64,000 bases of DNA from Octopus vulgaris (lineage: Eukaryota). How positions within the stretch are numbered: the first letter of the stretch is position 1; each line of letters begins with the position of its first letter. The position numbers and the translations under genes were made by a program. Shown piece by piece: positions 53,782 to 64,000 of this stretch. Under the pieces are notes generated by a model. That model was not told where the DNA came from. It saw only the letters and a program-made list of their open reading frames with translations, and searched no databases. The stretch covers positions 46,562,001 through 46,626,000 of the forward strand of contig OX597831.1 of NCBI GenBank assembly GCA_951406725.2, given 5' to 3'.

Positions 53782-54302
53782 GGAGGCGCGTGGCTTAGTG
53801 GTTAGGGTGTCAGCATCATGATCGTAAGATTGTGGTTTCGATTCCGGGACCGGGTGACGCGTTGTGTTCTTGAGCAAAGCACTTCATTTCACGTTGCTCC
53901 AGCCCACTCAGCTGGCAAAAATGAGTAACGCTGCGATGGACTGGCGTCCCGTCCAGCTGGGTAACACATACACCATTGAAACTGGGAAACCGGGCGCATG
54001 GAGGCGCAATGGCCCAGTGGATAGGGCAGCGGACTCGTGGTCGGAGAATCGCGGTTTCGATTCCCAGACCGGACGTTGTGTGTGTTTTTGAGCGAAAACA
54101 CCTAAAGCTCCACGAGGCTCCGGCAAGGGGTGGTGGCGACCCCTTTTGTACTCTTTCGCCCCAATTTTCTCTCACTTTTTCTTCCTGTTTCTTGAGTAAC
54201 GCTGCGATGGACTGGTGCCCCGTCCAGCTGGGGGAACACGTACGCCACAGAAACCGGGAAACTGAGCCTATGAGTCTGGCTAGGTTTGAAAAGGGCGCAA
54301 AA
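53782..54302 (+). mobile_element. Composite SINE: family C followed by a family E head carrying a C tail
   Basis: The C tail occurs twice (53923 and 54193); the E head starts at 54000; flanking atgaatat direct repeat. Confidence 0.85.
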
Positions 54303-55239
54303 AAATGAATATAGATTGTATTTTTTAGAAAGATTTACGGACGTTACAGCAAGAATATAATTGGATCAGAAATTTGGTGAAAATAAAAAAAGAGTCTTAC
54401 AAGAAAATATTGCTCAATATTAAGGTTAACTGAGAAGTGAAGATTATCTTTGACATTAATAATATCCCGAAGGAAAAAAAAAGATATAAATAAATAGCAT
54501 CGCTGATAACAATAATTTGATATATTGTTTAAGTGAACTTGTCACATTTGAATACTACAAGTTGAAAAGAAATGATGGGGAAAATAAAATGAATGTGTAT
54601 GAGGAGGAGGTGGAAGAGTAGGTGTACAACTTTGAGAGACGTTTGTTTCAGTTTTCTTGAGTTGAAAAGGAAGTTTACTAAAAGCAAGATATATTAAGAG
54701 TTACAATGGAAATATAATTTACGGCAACCAGTTTGAGATCTAACACAAGAAATAAAACGAAGAATCAAAACGAAAACTGAGAGAATACATAGATATCTAC
54801 AATAAGTTAAGCAATAACGAGGGAGCCGAGCCAATTAGAGTATTTTCAGATGAATTCTAGACCCGCTTGAAATAGCAACCTCAAATCACATTCGATTGTG
54901 TAAGTGGAAAAAAGGATGCACTCTATAACGCTTTTAGATATATCGCATAATGTTTGCATTAAAACTAAATTCTCCATCAATAATAAAAGGAAAAGTCTGT
55001 CATCACCTACAACAGATGTCGAAGAAGCACGAAAGAATTAAATTTTAAATACATATAATGGATGACTATTAAGAACTTCAACCTTACACCGAAGAATAAC
55101 CCCCGCTATCTCACAGTTAGCACCGCCAGGGAAGCAAACGTGCTTCCTTTCGAAATGTCATCATACTGTCCTGTGTTACGAAACCAAAGACAAAGATACA
55201 TTTAGGAAATGAAATAAAAACCTCAAGAGGAATGTATAG

Positions 55240-55405
55240 TCCAGAAGACATACCAAGGTTGTCCCCTTTCGTGTCTGCTTGTATGTTCTGACTGTTGAGC
55301 CACTACTGTGGAAGCAGGTGACGTCGAAGGGCATCCCGCGCAAGCTAGGATGCGGAAGGTCTATGTCAATAAACGCGGACGACGTCACCGTTGTAGTATT
55401 AGATA
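55240..55405 (+). mobile_element. L1/Tx1 RT fragment
   Basis: CLYVLTVEPLL..KGIPRKLGCGRSMSINADDVTVVV. Confidence 0.7.
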
Positions 55406-55914
55406 TCAAACTGATGGCAGTCGTGTTACTGTTCTGAGGGCAGTAGATTGGCAGAAGTGTTGGAGTGTCGGACAAAATGCCTTGCGATATTTCTTCCGGA
55501 TGTTTATACCTCATCGAGGTCAACATGACTTTCATCCACCTGGGCTCAATCAGATAAACTAATAATCACGTAGTAGGATCGATATATGGTAGACTTACCT
55601 CCTCTCCTCATCACTACTGGCAATTATTATTCTGGTTATTACAGTTGGTATTGATTTTACAATTACTTCTATCCTTTATTCTTACTGTCATTCTTATTCT
55701 TTTTGCTGCTAATGTCCTACTGCCCTTGTTACTTTCTGCTTAAGCAACGATTATTTGTTTTTATTTTTGCTCTGCATTTTCTTAATAATTACAAGTATAA
55801 AGAGATCAGGTGAAAAAACAACAACAAGCGATCAGCCGAGAAATTGCATTTTCCCTTCCTTCTCCAACATTGTATGATGTCTACTTTAGAAATTAGTGGT
55901 GCATAATGTTGCTT

Positions 55915-56650
55915 TCTAATTCTTTTGGCACAAGGAAGGCAATTTGGGGCTGGGGGCTAGTCGATTAGTTCGACCCCAGTGTTCAACTGGTACTTATTTT
56001 ATTAACAGAGAAAGGATGGAAGACAAAGTCGACCGCGGTAGAATGTATACTCAGAATGTAAAGACAGACGAAACACCGCTATTAATTTTGTCCCGTAGCA
56101 GTAACACTTTTGCCAGTTCGCCGCCTTAATGGACATAACGAAATATTGGTTTCAAATTTCGGCACAAGGCCAGTAAATTCGAGGAGGGGGCAAGTCGATT
56201 ATATCGATCCCAATGCTCGAATGGTACTCGTTTTATTGTTCCCGAAAAGGTGAAAGGCAAAGTCGACCCCGGTGAAATACCGCTAAACGTTTCGCCCGGT
56301 ATGTTAACAATTCTGCTAGCTCACCGTCTTACATAAAATCGTTTCAGCTGTAGGTACAACGCCAGCAACTCCGGAAAGGAGTGAAAGTACCAGTGTGCAA
56401 CTGGTACTTGTTTTATCGACTCCGAAAAGATAAAAGGTAGAGTCGACCTCAGCGGAATTTGAACTCAGAATGTGAAAACGGACGAAATGCCGCTAAGTAT
56501 TTTGTCCGGCGTGCTAACGGTCCTACCAGCTCACCGCCTTAATATGAAATAAACTACTCTTTTCTACTCTAGGCACAAGGCCCGACATTTTTATGGAGGG
56601 AGCCATTCGATTACAGCGACTCCAATACGCAACTGGTACTTAATTTATCG
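55915..56650 (-). mobile_element. Cluster of SINE family A copies
   Basis: Three to four diverged head-to-tail copies. Confidence 0.85.
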
Positions 56651-57274
56651 ACTTAATTTATACTTAATAAGATTTTGGGGGCTTCACGCACAAAATAGTA
56701 AATTAGAGATTCGCAGTGGTATTTTAAGAGCCACTAAAAACATTTTGTTTTAGATGTATATATTTGCAAGTATTGCAAGAAACACCCAAGTTTCTTTCTC
56801 TAGCATTTTAGATAGTTCAGCCTACCTACATGACTTAATGTGTAAAAAAGAAAAGGAATTTTGTAAGAAGTTTCTGTAAAACTAGTTTTTAAACAAATGG
56901 CTTAGAGGTGGGGACCCACGAGAATAAAATAGTAACCAAAGGGGTCCATAGATACAAATGGTTGCCAATTCCTGGTCTAGACGAACTGCCCAGTTTTCGT
57001 ATGACTACAGTGAAAGCCATCTTAGTTATGCGAGTTGTCATTTCCCAAGCATACGTCAACCTCTACTATATAAACATTAAAATGCGTGCGGAAGTCTGTA
57101 TTCTTAGTAATCTAAGTATTTAATACTTTCATTATATAATATATATATATATATATAAATGTATGTGTGTGTGTATGTATGTACAAGATGGGCCAAAAGT
57201 CACGCACCGTGATTAGAACTCAATATATCTACATATATTTCTAAAATTGAATAAAAGAAAATAAAATGATGATG

Positions 57275-57672
<398 letters not shown>

Positions 57673-57679
57673 TAGAGGC

Positions 57680-58121
57680 ATAATAAATCTGTGAGCGAGG
57701 TATAAACATTAACTGCACGACATCGTGAAATATATTTGCCATTTAAGTGGAAAATATACTTCACGATGCCGTGCAGTTACTGTTTATACCTCGCTCAGAG
57801 ATTTATTATTGCTTGTTTACACTTTTTCGATATCAGTGACTTTTCGTCGCTGGATAAAGGATATATATGTGCAAAAGGAAGCCTACTTTTCATCGACAAC
57901 AACTGATTGTCACACGCTGATGACGGGTCAATAATCAGAAACTCGAGTCCGTGTGTATCATAGGTTGAAGACGAGAAGGATGGCTTCCGTTTTCAAATAC
58001 TGAAAGGGCACAGAAAGTGTGTCAATAGCCAGCTGGAGAAGGTGTCCTCCTGGGGCTACAAGCTACAGTAGCATCCACCCTTAGGCGTTAACCACATTTA
58101 AGTGGCAAATATACTTCACGA
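57680..58121 (+). mobile_element. Hammerhead-bearing, terminally redundant 355-bp unit with an inverted 5' extension (retrozyme or solo pLTR-like)
   Basis: 26-nt direct repeat at 57741-57766 and 58096-58121; palindrome at 57680-57809; hammerhead at 57911-57955. Confidence 0.75.
57911..57955 (+). ncRNA. Type-I hammerhead ribozyme motif
   Basis: cacacg-CTGATGA-cgggtcaataatca-GAA-actcgagt-C-cgtgtg; GUC triplet, palindromic stem III, weak stem II. Confidence 0.8.
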
Positions 58122-58154
58122 ATACATGCATACTTGTACAGGGATAAAATGAAC

Positions 58155-58382
58155 GATAATAATAATAATAATCTTTTCAACTATAGGCACACAGCCTGAA
58201 ATATTTTGCGGGAGAGAAAGAGTCAACTACATCGACCCCAGTGTTTCACTGGTACCTATTTTATCGACCCCGAAAGATTAAAGGCAAAGTTGACCTCGGC
58301 GGGATTTGAACTGAGAGTGTCAAGACCGACGAAATGCCGCTAAACATTTCGCCTGGCGTGCTAACGATTCTATCAGCTCGCC
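58155..58382 (-). mobile_element. SINE family A
   Basis: Head-to-tail match. Confidence 0.85.
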
Positions 58383-58468
58383 AAATACAATGTCAAATGT
58401 TTGGTAGTTTTTGGTCCACCCACAATTCATATATGCACGTACATATACGTAAGTGTATATACAACTGT

Positions 58469-58509
<41 letters not shown>

Positions 58510-58616
58510 CTCTCTCTCTCTCACACACACATACACACACATATTTTCAGTCATAAATAGATAGATAAATGGATTTTTATATGTTGTATATATTAATCAA
58601 AGTGTAGTATGGCGAC

Positions 58617-59893
58617 ACGAAGGTGGGTTGAAAGGTTCATAGGCTGACTATGAAGGATTGACGCTTAGATGTGTGATATTTTGCATGCATTTATTTCAAC
58701 CCCTCTTATTTCATTAGAACAAAACTCCAGCACACAAGCCCTTGTTTTGAATTGCATTGTTCCTTCCTAATTGCATTGTTAAAAAAAGGTTTCAGAGTAT
58801 TTTGGTAGCAACTTCTCTTGAAAATGGACAAAATTTGGCATCGTCGTGTCATCAAGTACTGCAGCAAAAGGACATACATGATGACATGGTTGTACATCAG
58901 GGGACAACGCTCCAGCTTTATCAACGTTGCAAAAGTAGGCAGCTGGATTTAGGGATGGAAGGGAGAGTCTTGAAAATGACTCGAAGTCTGGTCGTCCTGT
59001 AACTGCCACCACTGAGGAAAACATTGATTGTGTTCACCACATGGTGATGGATGACAGGCGATTGACTATAAATCAAATAGTCAATGCTATTAGCAAATCT
59101 CGTGAGAGATTTGGGAATATTTTGCAAAATGGATTGGAACGACGAAAGTTTCTGTTCAGTAGGTGTCACGTTTTTTGGCAACTGGTAAAAAGTGCACTAG
59201 ACTGATACCACCACGGGAAAATCTAATATTGTTTGGGGCATATTCAGCTGGTCTCCTTGAACGTTTCCTAAGCCATGATGAGTGTTGGGCTCATCAATCA
59301 AGCCAGAGACAAAAAGACATTAAACAAGGCCAAGTGTGTTTCATCTCTGGGGAAAGGGATGTCTTCCAGTCTTTTGAAATGCGAAAAGCAGTGTTTATTG
59401 TCTATCTTCAAAAGGGCCAGGCCATCAATGGAGTGTACTATGCCAACTTATTGAGATAGTTACGAAAGTCTATCAAGACAGAACGCCCAGGAAAACTGAC
59501 GAAAGGTGTCTTATTTCATCAGGACAAAGCTCCAACACCGAAATCCATGGCTTCAATGGCTATTGTGCGTGGCTTTAGCTTTGAGCTGGTTGAGCACCTT
59601 CCCTATCCTTCTGATTTGGCCCTATCTGACTACCATCTGTTCCCAACACGAAGAAACTGACTACCATCTGTTCCCAACACGAAGAAACGCTTGGCTGGGA
59701 ACCAGTGTTGCAGTGGTGATGACGTCATATCTGCTGTTGCTACCAGTTACTTTAAAGTCTTCTTTGAACAGTCCGATGTCAGTCTACAATGAAAGAAACA
59801 ATGCAATTATTAAGAAGGATTGAAATTAATGCATACTAGATTTCACAGCTCTAGCATCACACCTTCATGGTAAGCTTATGAACGTTTCAGTCT
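58617..59893 (+). mobile_element. Decayed full-length mariner (DD34D-type) transposon
   Basis: MDKIWHRRVIKY; GRESLENDSKSGRPVTATTEENI..MDDRRLTI; HDECWAH; FHQDKAP; HLPYPSDLALSDYHLFP; imperfect TIRs; ~30-bp tandem duplication near 59630-59690. Confidence 0.88.
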
Positions 59894-60633
59894 AATAATA
59901 ATTTCTGACACAAAACCACATAATTTGTTTGGGGACAGTCAATAATATCGCCTACAATCCTGAACTCCTTAAGTAATACTTTACTTAATGGTTGAATCCG
60001 GGAACACGAGATGGGTATAGGACATAAAGACAAATACAAATCCACTGTACCTAAATGTGTTCTAATAAAAGCACAGACTAGAAAATATTTGAAAGCCGCA
60101 TAATTGCTATATCATTTAGTTATGTGAATAATGTTTGGTCTATAACTATTGTGTACTGTTTGCGGAAATTGTATCTCCTTTGCTTATTGTATACAGAAAG
60201 AAGACATATTGTACATGCAATACAATATTGTGTATTGTTTGGGTGATAAGGTGTTATTTAGATGTTGGATATTGTGTTTGTAGTAGGTGTACTGTCTGGG
60301 GGGTTCTATAAGTTGTTTATTGTTTGGGAGGATAATATGTTGTTTACATACTGAGTAGTCTGTGGTGGTTGTGTGTATATGTGTGTATATGTTGTTTACA
60401 AATTGGGTTTGCGCGAAGGATGTATCTTTCGTTCGAATATTGTGTATCATACGTGGAATGCGAGAAGATTGTGCGTTTCCGTTCTTGCTCATATCCTGAA
60501 ACCTTCTTATGCAACACATCAACATCCAGTTAATTTTCTTCAGTGTACATCATCATAATCATCCTCATTATCATCATTAGCAGCAGCATCTGTAGTAACA
60601 AGGAAAGATACAAAGCCCTGCCGTCGGAATGTA

Positions 60634-60737
60634 CGAGGGGTGTATGAAAAGTGTTGAGCCTTCAAGGCCTTTGAGCCTTGAAGTCTTGTACCATGTTTTG
60701 TAGTTTTGAGGCTCAAGACTTTTCATACACCCCTCGT
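60634..60737. mobile_element. ~100-bp mariner-type MITE
   Basis: cgaggggtgtatgaaaagtgttgagcct is inverted relative to aggctcaagacttttcatacacccctcg. Confidence 0.85.
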
Positions 60738-60739
60738 TG

Positions 60740-61820
60740 ATAACAAAAACAATGTTGCATTTTAAATTTGAGAAAAGTCATGTATATTGCTGCTGTTTCA
60801 CTCACAGATTGTAATTGTAATGTGCGAATTAGTGAGTTGATTACTTTTTCGGAAAACCCTAGCTTATCCAGATTTTCACGAAGGAATTTACTCACAAAAC
60901 CAAGTACACCAGTTATTACAGGTATAAATATGAATTTATAATCTGGATATAGAAGCTTGAGTCTTCAGAGTACCGTAAATCCTTGAGTATAGTCCGCCCT
61001 TGAGTATAATACGCAGGTTTTTTTTAGGGGGATGTACCTCTGAAAAACCTAAACCTTGTGTATAATACACACCCCTTCTCTAACTTGAGTTAAGAAGGTC
61101 TATATGACGTCCTTGGTTTGTAAAAATGTATACGGTAACGTCCTTTATTATTATTGTATATATAACACAATAAAAACGTGTAGCTTTTTTGTGCATTTTG
61201 TTTGCAGAAAATAAAGAAATAACAGTAATAACAGTAATAACGTTTAATAAATGTTGCTTACTGCAAGTTATGGATGATTCTTTTATGACTTCATTGCTTT
61301 CATGCTTAGCTTAAGGTATTTTTGCGCCCGACATCACAAAATGCGTCTGAATAAACACTGCCGGACAGCAAATAGAGACTCGGACATTGCTTAGAAAATA
61401 TTTTTCATTTTTAACCTCGTATATAGTGCGCACTGGGGATTTTGACCTTTAAATTTTAGGCAAAAAATGCGGATTATACTCGGGGATTTACAGTAGTTTT
61501 ATATTGTTATCCTCTTTCTCTTTGATTTTAAGAGAGATATTCACATCTGCTGGATAGCTGATCTCTATGACGGTCTATACTTTCCTTGTCTGTGACAAAC
61601 AACAACACCCGGCCTGTTATGCTATCACTTGACATGTTTTGACGAGAGTGGGTCATCAGTGTTCCTCGTGTTGATGTTTGTGTTCAATAACAAAGAGATT
61701 TTCTATATTTATTTCAGGACAGTATTTATTCTGAATGACATTGTATATTGTTGTTTGCAATCACGTCGTGTCGCTCAGGGGGATAGTAACTTGACGTTTT
61801 GGGTTAGCTACTATTCATAT
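60740..61820 (-). mobile_element. RLE-type LINE 3' relic (second family), split by a MITE
   Basis: HNRPGVVV..; LLYPDYKFIFIPVITGVLGFVSKFLRENLDKLGFS..LQLQSVSETAAIYMTFLKF. Confidence 0.7.
60973..61493. mobile_element. Tc1/mariner superfamily (pogo/Tc2-like) MITE with TA TSD
   Basis: ta|ccgtaaatccttgagtatagtccgc ... gcggattatactcggggatttacag|ta; the flanks rejoin the LINE sequence. Confidence 0.85.
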
Positions 61821-61850
61821 GAGTGATGTCTTCCATAGAAATATGTATGC

Positions 61851-61883
<33 letters not shown>

Positions 61884-61967
61884 TGTATGTATGTATGTAT
61901 GTATGTATGCATGCATGTATGTATGTATGTATGTATGTATGTATGTATGTATGTATGTATGTATGTC

Positions 61968-62860
61968 ATTATTCAATTTTATATCAAGATTTCTTACCAA
62001 TAAGAGAAAGAGCCGGTTTCTAATCTAGATCTGAAGTTCCTTCATTGGAATTTCAACATCAACAACAGGGTATTTTATTTTATTTTATTTCTTTACTGCC
62101 AACAAGGGGCTACACACAGAGAGGAAAAACAAGGACAGACAAACGGATTAAGTCGATTATATCGACTCCAGTACATAACTGGTACTTTATTTAATCGACC
62201 CCGAAAGGATGAAAGGCAAAGTCGACCTCGGTGGAATTTGAACTCAGAACGTAGTGGCAGACGAAATACCTATTTCTTTACTACCCACAAGGGGCTAAAC
62301 ACAGAGCGGACAAACAAGGACAGACAAACGGATTAAGTCGATTACATAGCCCCCAGTGCATAACTGGTACTTACTTAATCGACCCCGAAAGGATGAAAGG
62401 CAAAGTCGACCTCGGTGGAATTTGAACTCAGAATGTAGCGGCAGACGAAATACCGCTAAGCATTTCGCCCGGCACTCTAACGTTTCTGCCAGCTCGCCGC
62501 CTTACAACATACATTCATGCAAAAATACAACGTAGTATTTTTTTATGAATGTATGTATATGTGCAGATGTGTATATTTTGTTTTCTATATGTATTCTCAT
62601 GCATATACTTGCATATTTAGACAAGCTCATATATACTTAAATGATAACCTTCAGGAAAGTTTTACGGATTTTTATATTTCCAGAGATAGATTAGATCTGT
62701 AGTTTTGAATCAGCTTTCTCCTTTCTGGTTTTCAGAAACCTAATTTTTCAAGATTGGTATTTAGGCAGTGTGTTACATATCCCAGGCACCCAATTATTAC
62801 AGGTATAAACCTGAACTTGTAATCTGAACAGAGTAACTGCAGATTTCTCAATAGTTTAGC
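61968..62860 (-). mobile_element. 5'-truncated RLE LINE embedded in (TATG)n, carrying a SINE A dimer in its 3' UTR
   Basis: LLRNLQLLCSDYKFRFIPVIIGCLGYVTHCLNTNLEKLGF; (TATG)n on both flanks. Confidence 0.75.
62085..62502 (-). mobile_element. SINE family A dimer
   Basis: Two units 184 bp apart with the gacgaaatacctatttcttta junction. Confidence 0.92.
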
Positions 62861-62937
62861 GTATGTATGTATGTATGTATGTATGTATGTATGTATGTAT
62901 GTATGTATGTATGTATGTATGTATGTATGCGTGTTTG

Positions 62938-62974
<37 letters not shown>

Positions 62975-64000
62975 AGGTGTGTATGTATATGTGAATGTAT
63001 TTCTTGTGTTCATTCGGATGTTCTCTGTACTCCGATGTGTTTTCAATTTAGTTTGCCATACATGTCACCAGCAATCACATACACGACACATTACTACCAT
63101 AAAACCTTTCTCCATCAGCATAACACTAACGACAACAGTAGCAACAACAGCAATAACAACAGCTTTGATAGCAACAGCAATAATGTTATGACCATCAACA
63201 CAAACATTGCTAAAGATGTCATCGCTAATACTAACACCAGTCTACTAGCACCACAAACACGATCTTAGCCTGCACCCTTTACGTGCTAGAGATAGCAAGC
63301 AAATCTCTCTAAAATCACACCCAATTGTTTTACAAAAGGATAACATAGATAAAAAAAATATGCACTAGTCCTACATATCCTTAAAAACATGGTGATCAAG
63401 ACTGGAATATAGTTTATTAAAGCTCTGCGAGATCAAATTGGATTTGGAGCTAAATAACGATGCCAAGAACATCATCAATAGCATGGATAATGTAAGCACC
63501 GGACAACCACCAACGCTGCCAACATCATAAACACCACCAACATCACCAACACCCTCAATGTATATGTCTTCACCAGTATTGTTTACACTTTTGTATTACT
63601 AATGCCATCATTACGTAATGTGTCTTTCATTGACTCTTTGGTTTAGTGATATTATTGGTAAAACAAAGCCAACCAACCAATGACGGCTAATCTGTTGAGG
63701 ACAGATAACTTGTTATTATGGAAATTGTCCTAATACTATACCCGCCCCACGACTTTCTTGAAAAACAACACATTGGATAGTATAGTCTGAGGCACACAAT
63801 TCCAGAACGAGAAGAGGGAGGGAATGGGAAAGAGGGGATGAGGAGACAGTTTAGAAGATAAAATATGATAGAAAACGTCAGATAATTGATGACAGATGGA
63901 GAAGACATAAAGCAGATGATAGCTAAAGAGAGAAGATATATGACACACACACACGCAGAGGCACACATACACAGAAGCACACACACACATATAGAAGGAC

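Noticed and set aside
63090-63620. Asn/Thr-rich coding-like stretch
   Set aside because: Degenerate (AAC/CAC)n low-complexity sequence with no splice or domain evidence.

Overview
AT-rich, microsatellite-saturated eukaryotic DNA with no recognisable host gene. The tRNA-derived SINE families and repeat landscape resemble octopus (coleoid cephalopod) intergenic or intronic DNA; this is an inference. Almost all ORFs in the track are microsatellite artefacts. The real coding signal is transposon-derived: a near full-length R4/Dong-type RLE LINE (minus, ~5.5-9.7 kb) nested in a Penelope-like element (PLE), two Neptune-type PLEs, RTE, CR1 and L1/Tx1 relics, mariner elements and MITEs, a non-autonomous Helitron, and several SINE families. 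The most notable layer is structured RNA. It includes several type-I hammerhead-bearing modules in or next to (TA)n, a 355-bp terminally redundant retrozyme-like unit, a duplicated hammerhead core with a G3:C8 swap, an HDV-like ribozyme candidate with covariation in RTE-type 5' UTRs, a pre-miRNA-sized hairpin, and SINE multimers with one fixed junction. All calls were made by eye; boundaries of degraded elements are approximate.
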